Shown here: positions 19,838-30,221 of the stretch, piece after piece | Layout: each line of letters begins with the position of its first letter | Position numbering within the stretch: position 1 is the stretch's first letter | Origin: Planctomycetota bacterium | GTDB lineage: Bacteria > Planctomycetota > GCA-002687715 > CAIWVZ01 | NCBI GenBank assembly: GCA_044222185.1 | Contig: JBGANV010000005.1 | Span: forward strand, 32,001 to 96,000 | Length of the DNA: 64,000 bases | Reading direction: 5' to 3' | The notes under the pieces: model-generated | The model's database searches: none | What the model was told of the DNA's origin: nothing | The model's input: only the letters and a program-made list of their open reading frames with translations | Position numbers and translations under genes: made by a program

Positions 19838-20872
19838 TCAGGCTCCCACCGTCACGATGACCTTGCCGAACACCGATCGATCCTCCAGTGCCGCGTGCCC
19901 CTCGCCGACCCGATCGAGCGGGACGCTGCGATCGATCACGGGCTCGAGCTGACCGCTGCACACGAGGCCCCACACCCGATGCATGGCGCCGAGGCCGCCC
20001 ATGGTCGAACCGAGGAGCGACAGGCTCTTGAAGAAGATCAGGCGCAGATCCGATTCGAGCTTGGGCCCTGACGTGGCTCCGCAGGTCACGACCCGGCCGC
20101 CCTTCCTCAGCATCTTCAACGACGTGCCGATCGTGGATTCGCCCACGTGGTCGACGACGATGTCGAGCCCGGCCTTCTGCGTCGCTTCGCGGACGACCGC
20201 AGCGACGTCCGCCTGGCGGTAGTCGATGACGACGTCCGCGCCGAGAGCCTTCGCGCGCTCGAGTTTCGCCGCAGAAGACGCCGTGGCGAAGACGCGCGCG
20301 CCGAACAGCTTGGCGATCTGGATCGCGGCGATGGAGACGCCCGATCCCGCGGCGTGGACGAGGACGTCCTCGCCTCCCTGGATGGCGCAGCGTCCGACGA
20401 GCATGTTCCAGGCCGTGAGGAAGGTCAGCGGCACGGCTGCTGCCTCCGAGAACGCCATCCCCGCCGGCATGGGCAGCACGTTTCGAGCAGGGATCGCGAC
20501 GAATTCGGCGCACGTGCCGTCGCGCGTCTCGCCGAAGATGCCGTAGGCGCGGCAGAGGTGATCGTTGCCCTCGGCGCATCGCGTACACGTCCCGCAGCCG
20601 AATCCCGGCGCGATCGCCACGCGTGCACCCGGCTTGACCGAGGTCACGAGGCTCCCGACCTCCGCGACGACCCCGGCACCGTCGCACCCGAGGATCATGG
20701 GAAGCGGGAACTTGTGCCCGGGCACTCCGCGTCGGACCCAAACGTCGAGGTGGTTCAGCGCCGCGGCCTTCACTTCGACGAGGACTTCGTCCCCGCGAGG
20801 CGCGGGTCTGGGACGGTCCGTGATTTCGATGACTTCGGGTCCGCCGTGTGCGCGGACGAACGCAGCTCGCAT
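19838..20872 (-). CDS. Zn-binding medium-chain dehydrogenase/reductase
   Basis: NHLDVWVRRG, ILGCDGAG, structural Zn site CGTCTRC...LC, HAAGSGVS, GSTMG. ATG at 20872. Confidence 0.85.
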   Translation of the reverse strand: MRAAFVRAHGGPEVIEITDRPRPAPRGDEVLVEVKAAALNHLDVWVRRGVPGHKFPLPMILGCDGAGVVAEVGSLVTSVKPGARVAIAPGFGCGTCTRCAEGNDHLCRAYGIFGETRDGTCAEFVAIPARNVLPMPAGMAFSEAAAVPLTFLTAWNMLVGRCAIQGGEDVLVHAAGSGVSIAAIQIAKLFGARVFATASSAAKLERAKALGADVVIDYRQADVAAVVREATQKAGLDIVVDHVGESTIGTSLKMLRKGGRVVTCGATSGPKLESDLRLIFFKSLSLLGSTMGGLGAMHRVWGLVCSGQLEPVIDRSVPLDRVGEGHAALEDRSVFGKVIVTVGA

Positions 20873-20892
20873 GATGATCGGACTCCCGGGTT

Positions 20893-21681
20893 TCAGCGGG
20901 CCTTGAAGCTGGGCTTGCGCTTCTCGAGGTTGGCCGCGAGGCCTTCCTTGGCGTCCTCGCCGATGAAGAGCTGTTGCTGCAGCTCGCGCTCGAGCGCCAG
21001 GCCGCACTCGAAGGACATCTCGGCACCGCTTTGGACGGCGCGCTTGATCCGCCCCACGGCCCGCGACGCACGATGCGGAGGGCAGAACGACCGGGCGTAC
21101 GCCATGGCCTCCGCCATGAAGGTCGCGTGATCTCCCGGCACGAGGCGATCGACGATGCCGAACGCCAGCGCGTCGTCGAACGAGAACACGCTGCCTTCCG
21201 CCATCAGACGGATCGCCTTCGACTTGCCGACGAGTCGCGCGAGGCGCTGCGTTCCGCCGGTGCCGGGCAGGACTCCCAGGTTGACCTCGGGAAGCCCGCA
21301 CTTGCCCGCATCCTTGCGCGCGAGGCGGATGTCACAGGCCATGGCCACTTCGAGCCCGCCGCCGACGCAGTGCCCGTTGATCGCCGCGATCGTGAGTTTC
21401 GACGTCTGCTCGAGGCGGTTCAGGGTCTCGTTCGCGTGGATGCAGAAGTAGTATTTGAACTCCACGGTGACCGACGTGAGCATCGCGATGTTCGCGCCGG
21501 CGCAGAAGAACTTCTCGCCTTCGCCCGTGAGCAGGATCACGTGGACGTTCTCGTCCATCCGGGCGTCGAGGATGGCGGCATCGAGCTCGCGCATCATCTC
21601 GTAGCTGTACGTGTTGGCCGGTGGCTCGCACAAAGTGATCACGGCGACACCCTGATCGGCCTGGTATTTGACCTTGCTCAT
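20893..21681 (-). CDS. Enoyl-CoA hydratase/isomerase family protein
   Basis: FFCAGANI, GGGLEVAMACD, GLPEVNLGVLPGTGGTQRL. ATG at 21681. Confidence 0.88.
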   Translation of the reverse strand: MSKVKYQADQGVAVITLCEPPANTYSYEMMRELDAAILDARMDENVHVILLTGEGEKFFCAGANIAMLTSVTVEFKYYFCIHANETLNRLEQTSKLTIAAINGHCVGGGLEVAMACDIRLARKDAGKCGLPEVNLGVLPGTGGTQRLARLVGKSKAIRLMAEGSVFSFDDALAFGIVDRLVPGDHATFMAEAMAYARSFCPPHRASRAVGRIKRAVQSGAEMSFECGLALERELQQQLFIGEDAKEGLAANLEKRKPSFKAR

Positions 21682-21760
21682 CCGCGCGGACTCCGTGGTT
21701 GTGGGAGGAAAGCCGCGGATTCTATGCCAGCGTGTCGGCGCGGCCAATGCGCGTGCGTCG

Positions 21761-22819
21761 TCAGACGGCGGCGAGCTTCTGCGCGGGCGCTGCGAACCAC
21801 GACGAGATCCGCCGCAGAAGGATCTGCGGATCGAACCCCGAGGGAATCACGTCGAGCACGCCGGCCCTGCCGCATCGGAGCACGTTCGAGCGCGAAGGAC
21901 GCTCGAGGACGACGGCGAACCGGATCGCCTTGCACGCCGGGTGGCGCCGAAGCGCGCCGAGAACGTCGACCTTCCACTCCTGCCCCGCCTGGACCTCGAC
22001 GACGATGAGTCGCGGAGACGCGCCCGCCTCCACCGACTTCACGAGTTCGGACAGGCCGGCAACGGTCGAAACCTCGGTGCCCGATGGCAGCGACGGCCTC
22101 AACGCGGCGATGAAGGCGTCGGCCCCGGCGATCAGGGCGCTTCCGGCCACGGTCGCGGCGCCTGCGACGGCAGCAGGCGCGCCGGCAGCGGCCGCCTGCC
22201 TGGCAGCCGCCTGGACCTCGGGCGGGGCCCAGAAGTCGGCGAGTGCCAGCGGAAGGACGAGCACCATCGCGCCCGGCGGGAGCTGATCCGGCGCGACCTG
22301 CGCGGTGCAGGCCACGTAGTCGCCGGGCGGGACCAGCGCCCCGACGTCCGTCGCGTCGCCGGGCAAGAGCTTTACCGAGCCCGCCACGGGTTCGAGCGAG
22401 TGCCCCTTCACCGACGCGAACAGCTCGGTCACGGCCGCCACGAGGAAGCTGTCGATCTCCGCGAGCGTCGCCTTCTCCGATTCGTCCGGCGGAGCCGCGG
22501 CCGCGAGCCGCTCCTGGATCTGCGGGTCCTGCGACATGCGCATGAGCCCGACCATCGTCAAAGCGAGCGGCAGCGACGTCACCCAATGGAGCTCGCCGGG
22601 AACGTCGCCCGTGACCTTCACGCTCAGACTCACGCACGGTGGCGGGATCAGGCCGCCGAGCGTCGGCTGATCGACCACGGTCGGAGCCTCGGCCGTGATC
22701 GGCATCGAGCGACCCATGAGCAGTTCGAGATTCTCACGGATGCGCGCCACCGCCGGCTTGAAGAAGCCGCTCTGGAACGCCGCGAGCGTCTTGGGATCTG
22801 GAAGTGTGGCTGTAGTCAC
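21761..22819 (-). CDS. CheC/CheX-like domain fused to a degenerate receiver-like domain
   Basis: N-terminal half: L.LLMGR.M.IT...VTGDVPG...LAEIDSFLVAA (CheC-like fold). C-terminal half: LIVVEV...VLGALRRHPACKAIRFAVV...AGVLDVI (REC-like, no phospho-Asp). Confidence 0.5.
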   Translation of the reverse strand: MTTATLPDPKTLAAFQSGFFKPAVARIRENLELLMGRSMPITAEAPTVVDQPTLGGLIPPPCVSLSVKVTGDVPGELHWVTSLPLALTMVGLMRMSQDPQIQERLAAAAPPDESEKATLAEIDSFLVAAVTELFASVKGHSLEPVAGSVKLLPGDATDVGALVPPGDYVACTAQVAPDQLPPGAMVLVLPLALADFWAPPEVQAAARQAAAAGAPAAVAGAATVAGSALIAGADAFIAALRPSLPSGTEVSTVAGLSELVKSVEAGASPRLIVVEVQAGQEWKVDVLGALRRHPACKAIRFAVVLERPSRSNVLRCGRAGVLDVIPSGFDPQILLRRISSWFAAPAQKLAAV

Positions 22820-22941
22820 GTCGACCGCCGGACCGGGTGCGAACCCTCTCCCCTCTCCATCATCGGATCAGGCTCGGACGAGCTGAAACCCATGGGCAGA
22901 GGAACCTTAGTCGGCGCGGCGGCGCCCGTCGCGACCACGCC

Positions 22942-23727
22942 TCAGATCACGGCGAACCGTGACCGGATCTGCTGGCGGACGTACGCGCCCGTGATGTCCA
23001 TCATGGGACTTGGAGGTCCCTTGCCGTTCCTCCGCAGCCATTCCTGGCCGCGTTCGAAGAATGACCCGAACTCCTCCTGACTCATCTCCCGGGCGAAGTA
23101 GGTGTCGCGGCGGACGGTCGAAAGCCGGCAGATCGGCGTGCCCTTGGGGATGTGGATCTCCTTCTGGGAGGGATCGAGCTCGATCACGCAGTGCCACGGG
23201 TAGGACGCCGGGTACCAGTCCGTGTCGACGATCGCGGTCAACGCGCGCCACGGGCGTGCGAGGTTCGGAATGTCGCTGATCTGGAGCAACTCGTTGGCAT
23301 CGGTGAAGAGGAACAACCACGTCGAGACCTTCACCTGGTTCTTGAGCTGCTCGTAGACGTCGTCCGAGATCGGGTGCGGCAGTTTCTGCCCTTTCTCCCA
23401 GAACCAGGCGTTGCGCTGGGTGAGCGGGACGCCGTGATCGCAACCGTCGCCGTGCTCGTGGTCGCCGGCATGGGAGTGTTCCGTTCCGGGTGGCTCCCAC
23501 GTCCAATCGGTGGCGATCTCCACTTCCTTCGCAAGTCGCCACGTGCCGTCGCGTCGTTTCTTGAACGACATGTCGAACGCCGTGAGGACGTCCCACCCGA
23601 ACGCGTTCGCTGCGCGAAGCGGTGGGCACTCGTCGGGCCACCCACGGCCGGCCGCGCGCTTGTGGTAGACGTCTCGCGCCGGTGCGGGCGACGGAAGATC
23701 GGAACGGAACTTGAAGTAATGGAGCAT
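22942..23727 (-). CDS. DUF6065-like hypothetical protein with a His-rich insertion
   Basis: CPPLRAANAFGWDVL, AIVDTDWYP, KGTPIC; insertion EHSHAGDHEHGDGCDHG. ATG at 23727. Confidence 0.6.
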   Translation of the reverse strand: MLHYFKFRSDLPSPAPARDVYHKRAAGRGWPDECPPLRAANAFGWDVLTAFDMSFKKRRDGTWRLAKEVEIATDWTWEPPGTEHSHAGDHEHGDGCDHGVPLTQRNAWFWEKGQKLPHPISDDVYEQLKNQVKVSTWLFLFTDANELLQISDIPNLARPWRALTAIVDTDWYPASYPWHCVIELDPSQKEIHIPKGTPICRLSTVRRDTYFAREMSQEEFGSFFERGQEWLRRNGKGPPSPMMDITGAYVRQQIRSRFAVI

Positions 23728-23857
23728 GCGGGGTCTCGCCTTCTTTGGCGCAGGCCCGCGCCGACGCGGGCGGGCCTGGCCATGATGCCCCGCGATCGGT
23801 CGAAGCACAGCCCCCGGATGAGAACGCCGGCATGACCCCGAGCCCGGCGCTCTGGAT

Positions 23858-25402
23858 TCAGCCCGGGGCCTCCGCCTGGAACCGTCCGCGAACCGCGAGC
23901 GAGACGGCTTCGCAGAGGCTCGCGGGCGTGAACGGCTTCGGCAGGAAGTCGATGGCGAGCTTGCGCGACCACGTCCGTACGAGGTCGTCGGAGGCGTAGC
24001 CACTGATGACGATCACGGGCACCTCCGGCCGGTAGCGTGCGATCGCAGCGAGCAGGTCGCTCACGGGCAGGTCCGGCAGTCCCACGTCCGTCACGACGAC
24101 CCCGATCCGATTGTGCGAAGCGGAGACGTACCCCATCGCATCACGCGTGCTCCCGCGAACGACGGTCTCGCACCCGATCCGGTTCAACGCCGTGACGACG
24201 ACCTGGCGGACGAGGACGTCATCCTCGACGATCAGGACCGGTCCGATCGGCGCTTGAAACGAACCCGTCTGACGCACGGCCGCGGGAGTGGCGTCCGTCG
24301 AATCGACGACCGGAAGCGAGATCGTGAACGTCGTCCCCGCACCGGGTCGCGACGCCACGTCGATGCGCCCTCCGGCCTGGGTGACGATGCCGTAGGTCAC
24401 CGAGAGTCCCAGCCCCGTTCCGTGCCCCTGGGGCTTGGTCGTGAAAAACGGCTCGAAGCAGCGCTTGCGCGTCTCCTCGTTCATCCCGGCGCCCTCGTCG
24501 GCGACGACGATGGTGGCGAAGCGCTTCTTGTCGTCGGGGCCCGCGACCTCGGGTGTGATTCCCGTGGCGATGCGGATCCGCCCGCCGTCCGGCATGGCAT
24601 CGCGCGCGTTCGCGATGAGATTCACGAGGACCTGCCGGAGCTGCACGGGGTCGACGTAGACGGAGCGATCGGTGTCCGCCAGCGCGAGCTCGATGCGGAT
24701 CCGCTCGCTCACCAGGCCACGCAGGAGTGCCTCCGTGCTGCGGACGGTGGCGTTCAACGCGATCTTCTCCGGTCGGTGGAGCTGGCGCCGTGCGAATGCG
24801 AGGAGCCTTGCCGCCACGTCCGTCGCGTGCGCGGCGGCCTGGAGGACGTGTCGCAGATGTTCGGCGCATGGGTGATCCGGGTCCACCGTTCCCTGGGCGA
24901 GGGAGGCATGGCCGATGATCGCCGTCAGGCCGTTGTTGAACTCGTGTGCGATTCCGCCGGCGAGGTTTCCGATGGCCTCCATCCGCTGTGCGTGCCGAAG
25001 CTGTTCTTCGAGTTCGCGGCGCTCGCGGCGCAGCGTCGCTTCCCGGAGCGCACGGAGTGCCGCCGGGCCGAGCCGCTGCAGGTGTTCCTTCACGACGAAG
25101 TCGGAAACCCCGGCGCGCATCATGTCGATGGCGAAATCCTCGCCGAGCGACCCGGTCACGAGGATGAACGGCAGCTCGGGAGCGGATCGCCGCACGATCT
25201 CCAGCGCTTCGAGGGCGTCGAAGGCTGGCAGACGGAAATCCGAGATCACGAGGTCGACGCGCCCGGCGGTCAGCGCGACCTCGAACTCGTCGCGGCGCTC
25301 CACGCGACGCAGGTGGGCCTCGATCCCAGAGCCGCGAAACGCCTCCTCCACGAGTTCGAAGTCGCGGGGATCATCCTCGATGCAAAGGACCTCGAGCGTC
25401 AC
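23858..25402 (-). CDS. Hybrid histidine kinase (REC-HisKA-HATPase-REC)
   Basis: LVISDFRLP; [10 protein letters not shown]; [10 protein letters not shown]; [13 protein letters not shown]; C-terminal [11 protein letters not shown]...FLPKPF. Confidence 0.92.
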   Translation of the reverse strand: MTLEVLCIEDDPRDFELVEEAFRGSGIEAHLRRVERRDEFEVALTAGRVDLVISDFRLPAFDALEALEIVRRSAPELPFILVTGSLGEDFAIDMMRAGVSDFVVKEHLQRLGPAALRALREATLRRERRELEEQLRHAQRMEAIGNLAGGIAHEFNNGLTAIIGHASLAQGTVDPDHPCAEHLRHVLQAAAHATDVAARLLAFARRQLHRPEKIALNATVRSTEALLRGLVSERIRIELALADTDRSVYVDPVQLRQVLVNLIANARDAMPDGGRIRIATGITPEVAGPDDKKRFATIVVADEGAGMNEETRKRCFEPFFTTKPQGHGTGLGLSVTYGIVTQAGGRIDVASRPGAGTTFTISLPVVDSTDATPAAVRQTGSFQAPIGPVLIVEDDVLVRQVVVTALNRIGCETVVRGSTRDAMGYVSASHNRIGVVVTDVGLPDLPVSDLLAAIARYRPEVPVIVISGYASDDLVRTWSRKLAIDFLPKPFTPASLCEAVSLAVRGRFQAEAPG

Positions 25403-25857
25403 GTCGACCCCCCTTCGTTCCGCGGCGGCGGCTCGTTGACCCGGCCCCAGAACACTCCCAGACGCCGCACGACGTCCACGTAGTCCTCGAACTTGAACGG
25501 TTTCACGACGAACGCATTGGCGCCGAGGGCGTAGCTCTGGAGAAGATCACTCTCCTCCTTCGACGACGTGAGCATGACGATCGGAATCTGGCGCTTCTCC
25601 TCGTCCTCGCGGATGGCCCGAAGGACCCCGAGACCGTCGATGCGGGGCATCTTGATGTCGAGGAGGATCACGGTCGGGTCACCGCTCTGGCGCGTGGAGA
25701 ATGAGCCGCGCCGAAAGACGTAGTCCAGCGCTTCCGCGCCGTCGTTGACGACGACGACGTGCTCGTCCAGCTTCTCGGCCGAAAGCCCTTCGAGGGTCAG
25801 GACGACGTCGTCCGGATCGTCCTCGGCCAGGAGAATCGATATGTCGCGGTCGATCAC
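25399..25857 (-). CDS. Single-domain response regulator (Rcp1-like)
   Basis: [31 protein letters not shown]. Confidence 0.92.
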   Translation of the reverse strand: MIDRDISILLAEDDPDDVVLTLEGLSAEKLDEHVVVVNDGAEALDYVFRRGSFSTRQSGDPTVILLDIKMPRIDGLGVLRAIREDEEKRQIPIVMLTSSKEESDLLQSYALGANAFVVKPFKFEDYVDVVRRLGVFWGRVNEPPPRNEGGST

Positions 25858-28061
25858 GGAGTCGGCTCCTCGCGTGGAATCGTGAAGAAGAACTCGGCGC
25901 CCTCGCCAGGGCGACCGTGCGCCCAGATGCGACCACCGTGCCGCTCGACGATGCGGCGGACGGTCGCGAGCCCGATCCCGACGCCCTCGAACTCGGCGAC
26001 GGAGTGCAACCGCTGGAAGACGCCGAAGAGCTTGTCCTGGTAGCGCGGGTCGAAGCCCGCGCCGTTGTCCGTCACCTCGAACTCCGTGTCACGTCCCATG
26101 ACGCGGCCCGAGATCGAGATCACGGAACGAGGTTTCTTGGACGAGTACTTCACGGCGTTGTCCAGGAGGTTCGCGAAGACCTGCCGCAGCAGCGTGGCGT
26201 CGCCGGTCACTTCCGGCAGATCACCCTTCTTCCATTCGATCGTGCGGTCTGGGTGCGTGGCGTTGAGTTGTTCGATCAGTTCGTCCACCAGCTTCGCCGT
26301 GAACACGTGCGTCCGGACGATCGACGCTCTGCCCAGCCGTGAGAAGGCCAGCAAGCCGTCGATGATCGTCCCCATCTGGCGCGTGGCGCGCAGCATGGTC
26401 TCGAGGTGGCGCTGTGCTTTCGGCGGAAGGCCGTCGCCCAGGTCCCGCTGCAAGAGCTGCCCGAAGCCGAAGACGTGCCGCAGCGGGGCCCGCAAGTCGT
26501 GGGTCACGGTGTACGTGAACGCCTCGAGCTCGTGGTTCGCGGCTTGAAGGCGCGCGGTCCGGTCGGCGATCCGTTCCTCCAGTTGCTCGTTGAGGACCCG
26601 ATAGCGGGTCTCGCTCTGCTGGAGCTTGGAGACCAACGCCGATTGCCGCTCCGCGGCATCCGCGAGTGACGTGCGCAAGGCATCCCGCTGCGAAACGGCG
26701 CGCGACATCCGCGTGATTTCCTGGGAAAGCTCGCGAAGCTCCCGCGGGCCCGTCGGATCGAGATGCTCGTCGGTCTTCCCGCGTGCGACCGCGCGGGCGT
26801 GGTCCGCGATGGCGACGACGGGTCTCACGAGCCGCTGGCCGAGGACGAGCCCGAAGAACGCCGCGCCGACGAGGATGGGAATGCCCGCGAGCAACATGCG
26901 GTGTCGCGTCTCGTCGGTCTCCTGAAAGAACGCGCCTTCGGGCACGACCGTCAGAAGAGACCAGTGAGGACCGGCGGGAAGCCCGAGCGCCGACACCCTG
27001 GCGCGGCAGGGTCGAGCCTCGGCATCGAGACAGGTCGTCGACGCCTCGCCGCCCTCGGCCTTGGCGTCGGCGAAGAGCTGCTCGGCGACGCCGCCCAGAC
27101 CAGGGCCGAGCGCGGCTGCGCCCTGCCGCACCCCGGCGTCGTTGGTCACCCGGCCCCGCGACGTGGCGACGAGCAGGCCCTGTTCATCGACGATGGCGAG
27201 CGAGGCGACGCCGGCGGTCTTCGCCAGCTCCCGCAGCGAGACGGACAGGCCCTCGAGGGTCAGATCCACGACGACGACGCCGAGGAACTCGCCGGAGGAG
27301 CTGGAGATCGCCCGGGCGACGCCGACACCCAGCTCGGCGTCCGAGCCACGCTCCCCGAACCAGAAGTAGACGGAGGTCCACGCAGGACCCTTGCTCTTGA
27401 GACCGACCTCGTACCAGGGCCGCTTGCGCGGATCGTAGTCGTAGGTGCGGAGGGGTGCGGTGCCGATCGTCCGCCCGTCGAGCGAGACCGGCAACTCGAT
27501 CGCCCGGCCATCGGGCGCGCCGCGCCCGCGACCGAGCTCGAGCCTCTCGCCGTGCCGCAGGAGCCACGTGGAGTCCCCGTCGGCGGCGCCGAATGCGATG
27601 GATGCGACCTCCGGAGTGGTCGTGAGGTCCTGCGTCATGAACGATTCCCAGGCCGACAGGCCGCGAGTCGGGAGAACTCCCATCGCCACGCGTTGCACGT
27701 AGCGGTCGCACAAGCGCGTGGCCGCGTCGAAGTCCCGCTGGATCGTCGCCTGGATCGCCTTCGACGTCCCGCGCAGGAACTCGGCCTCCAAGGTCTCCGA
27801 GATGTGGCGACACGCGAGATTGGCGAGTTGATAGAAGGCCGCGAATACGAGGAACGCGGGGCCTACGGCGATGCCCGCCATCAGCACGCGCAGCGGAAGC
27901 CCGCCGGCCCGCGTCACGGGGATGGCCCCAGTCGTCACCTGGCCACCCGGCGGAAGGAGTGGAATGGCCCGCTCGTTCGCCACCGCGCTGCGCATCGCCT
28001 GAAGCGGATCGTCCTCCACAGTGGGAGCGTCCCTGCCTGGACTCGTCTTCTGGAGGTTCAT
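25854..28061 (-). CDS. Membrane sensor histidine kinase (dCache + HAMP + HisKA + HATPase)
   Basis: Two TMs; YDPRKRPWY (dCache); FTYTVTHDLRAPL; NLLDNAVKYS; FQRLH...GVGIGL. Start uncertain. Confidence 0.9.
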   Translation of the reverse strand: MNLQKTSPGRDAPTVEDDPLQAMRSAVANERAIPLLPPGGQVTTGAIPVTRAGGLPLRVLMAGIAVGPAFLVFAAFYQLANLACRHISETLEAEFLRGTSKAIQATIQRDFDAATRLCDRYVQRVAMGVLPTRGLSAWESFMTQDLTTTPEVASIAFGAADGDSTWLLRHGERLELGRGRGAPDGRAIELPVSLDGRTIGTAPLRTYDYDPRKRPWYEVGLKSKGPAWTSVYFWFGERGSDAELGVGVARAISSSSGEFLGVVVVDLTLEGLSVSLRELAKTAGVASLAIVDEQGLLVATSRGRVTNDAGVRQGAAALGPGLGGVAEQLFADAKAEGGEASTTCLDAEARPCRARVSALGLPAGPHWSLLTVVPEGAFFQETDETRHRMLLAGIPILVGAAFFGLVLGQRLVRPVVAIADHARAVARGKTDEHLDPTGPRELRELSQEITRMSRAVSQRDALRTSLADAAERQSALVSKLQQSETRYRVLNEQLEERIADRTARLQAANHELEAFTYTVTHDLRAPLRHVFGFGQLLQRDLGDGLPPKAQRHLETMLRATRQMGTIIDGLLAFSRLGRASIVRTHVFTAKLVDELIEQLNATHPDRTIEWKKGDLPEVTGDATLLRQVFANLLDNAVKYSSKKPRSVISISGRVMGRDTEFEVTDNGAGFDPRYQDKLFGVFQRLHSVAEFEGVGIGLATVRRIVERHGGRIWAHGRPGEGAEFFFTIPREEPTP

Positions 28062-28149
28062 CGCGCGGCTTCCGGCAATGACGCTGTGCAAGCCGTCGCG
28101 GCGCATCATACAACGGCTCCGCCGGCATGGCGCGACGTCTGCGCCGACG

Positions 28150-28788
28150 CTACTCGGCGGGCGACGCCATGCGTACGTCGATCGGGACCGAGCCGTGCAA
28201 CTCCGTCGCACCAGTCGCACGCAGAACCTGGACCCAGTTCGACGGCCTGATGCCCCCCCCCGGCATGACGACGATTCGCCCCGCGCCTCGCCTGATCAGA
28301 CGCGCGAGTGCGAGGGTCCCCTCCAGGGCCGTCGGCGCTCCGCCAGACGTCAGGACTCGCGGGATCCCCAGCGTCATGAGATCGTCCAAGGCCTCGTCCA
28401 GGTCCCGGGTCCGGTCGAAAGCCCGATGGAACGTCACGCTGGCTCCCTCCGCCAACGGAAGCAGTCGCCGCACCGCGTCAGTCGCGATCCGCCCCCGGTC
28501 GTCCAGGAAGCCGAACACGAACCCGGCGGGGGCGAGCCGCCGGAGCTCCACGAGTTGCGCCGCAGCCCGGTCCAGGTCGCCGGGGCGAAGCACGAAGTCC
28601 CCAGGCCTCGGGCGGACCATCACGTGAACGGGGATGGCTACGGCGGACTGGATCCCCGCCACGAGGGCGGGTGCGGGCGTGAGTCCGTCCTGTGCCAGGT
28701 CCGAACAGACCTCGAGGCGGCCGACGTGCCGGTGGCCGGCCGCGCGTGCAGCCTCCACCGTCTCGACGACCGCCTCGAAGAGGATCAA
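28150..28788 (-). CDS. cutC: Copper homeostasis protein CutC
   Basis: RLEVC..L..DGLTP, HVMVRPRPGDF, TFHRAFD, RVLTSGG, MPGGGI, ELHGS. Confidence 0.9.
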   Translation of the reverse strand: MILFEAVVETVEAARAAGHRHVGRLEVCSDLAQDGLTPAPALVAGIQSAVAIPVHVMVRPRPGDFVLRPGDLDRAAAQLVELRRLAPAGFVFGFLDDRGRIATDAVRRLLPLAEGASVTFHRAFDRTRDLDEALDDLMTLGIPRVLTSGGAPTALEGTLALARLIRRGAGRIVVMPGGGIRPSNWVQVLRATGATELHGSVPIDVRMASPAE

Positions 28789-28807
28789 CGCGGGTTCCCG
28801 TCGGGCG

Positions 28808-29911
28808 TCAGAGCCCGACGACGAAACTCAGTGCGTTGGAGGTGAGGAAGCCGCTCGGAGACGCTCCGTCCGTGGCGACACCCTGCATGGCGATCGACGC
28901 GCCCATGAGCGCCGGGGTGTTGCTGATTCCGAGTGGAAGCGTGATCACGCCGTTCTGCGGGAACGTGAAGGGCCCGATCGGCGAGAAGCCGGCGGCAAGG
29001 AACGCGTTCAAGGACACGAGGTCGAGATAGACGTTGCAGCCTCCGCCGATGGGCACTGCAGGTGCCGTGGTCGCGGCGAGGAAGAACAGGCCAGCTCCCC
29101 CCGCAACACCGTGCGAAAGCGAGCAACCGAACGAGCCGTTACCGATCTGGGGCAGGCCGTTCGCCGTCAGCGAGAGCGGCAGGGCCAGCGTCGCGTTGCA
29201 GCCGGTGCCCGTCGGCGTCACGCTGGCGAGGATCGGCGGGTTGTAGGTGATCGTCAACTGGGGCTGGTTGTTCGCATCCTCACGCGTCGCGAACCGCTTC
29301 GCCGTCGGAGGCGCCGCCGACTCGTCCGAGATGAGGATCCAGCCGAAGTTGTTCGCCGGCGTGTTCAGCCAGGACTGAACGTCGGTCGCCATGCCCGGAC
29401 CCGTCCAGGAGTAGAAACCCGTAGAGCCGACGACCTTCGATGCGACGGGAAGCGGATTGAAGTCGCCGCCGGGCGTAGCCCAAAGGGTGCCGGGATAGAA
29501 CCGGTGGAGCCACGTGGCATCGCCGGTGGTGGAAGGGGCGCCGCCGCCTTGACCACTCGATGCCGTCGATGAGCCCTCGCCCCAGCTCGCCGTCACCGCG
29601 TGCAGATTCATGTTGACGTTGCCCGAGATCGTCTGCGTGCAGGTCAAGCCGAGCGACACCGTGAGGATGGTGCTGCCCGCTGGGACCGCCGAGGCGATGT
29701 CGAAATGGAAGACGGCGCGACGCGTCAGCCCGTTGAACGGGAGGCCGCTGAAACACGCAGACCCGGCGCCGTTGCTGAGAGAACCCAAAGTGTCCTGGTA
29801 CAGGGTGTTGTCCAGGTCGGACGTAATCACGGCCGTGCTCTGTGCGGCGACCGAATGCGCCAAAATCAGCGCGAGAACGGCGGGCAGAGCGGCGGTCGAA
29901 AAACGATGCAT
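28808..29911 (-). CDS. Secreted DNRLRE-like domain protein with a C-terminal 'SNAL' domain
   Basis: Signal ...LILAHSVAA|Q; DNTLY...RRAVFHFD...WGEG...DATW...DVQSWL..P..NFGW...KRFATRE...PQLTITY. ATG at 29911. Confidence 0.75.
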   Translation of the reverse strand: MHRFSTAALPAVLALILAHSVAAQSTAVITSDLDNTLYQDTLGSLSNGAGSACFSGLPFNGLTRRAVFHFDIASAVPAGSTILTVSLGLTCTQTISGNVNMNLHAVTASWGEGSSTASSGQGGGAPSTTGDATWLHRFYPGTLWATPGGDFNPLPVASKVVGSTGFYSWTGPGMATDVQSWLNTPANNFGWILISDESAAPPTAKRFATREDANNQPQLTITYNPPILASVTPTGTGCNATLALPLSLTANGLPQIGNGSFGCSLSHGVAGGAGLFFLAATTAPAVPIGGGCNVYLDLVSLNAFLAAGFSPIGPFTFPQNGVITLPLGISNTPALMGASIAMQGVATDGASPSGFLTSNALSFVVGL

Positions 29912-30086
29912 GGGGAAACTCCTCGAAAAGCAGGGTTGGGGACGGCGCATGGTACCCATCCACCCCCATAGCTTGGAACATCCCGTGCGGCCGTGCGTGG
30001 GGTTTTTCGATCGTCTTCACATCTTGCGTCGCGAACCGGACTTCGGCCGACGACGCGCGCAAACCGGACACTCCCGCGCGCTTCGT

Positions 30087-30114
30087 GAAACCTCCGCGCC
30101 CCTGCCGCATCGAA
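30087..30114 (+). promoter_or_regulatory. Putative ECF-sigma promoter of the RiPP precursor operon
   Basis: GAAACC-N14-GCATCGAA; the same motif and spacing recur at 32339-32366. Confidence 0.55.
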
Positions 30115-30221
30115 CCCGGCGTGGCTGATGGCTGGCGCCGCGCGGCGGGGCCTGCATCGAGCCGATTCCAGTCCGACTTTCACGATGCGGCGCGCACGGC
30201 GGGCCGCCAGGAGTGCACGAC

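Noticed and set aside
23858-28061. Phytochrome-type HK/Rcp1/hybrid HK triad as a light sensor
   Set aside because: The sensor is a periplasmic dCache domain with no PAS-GAF-PHY. The triad arrangement is common.
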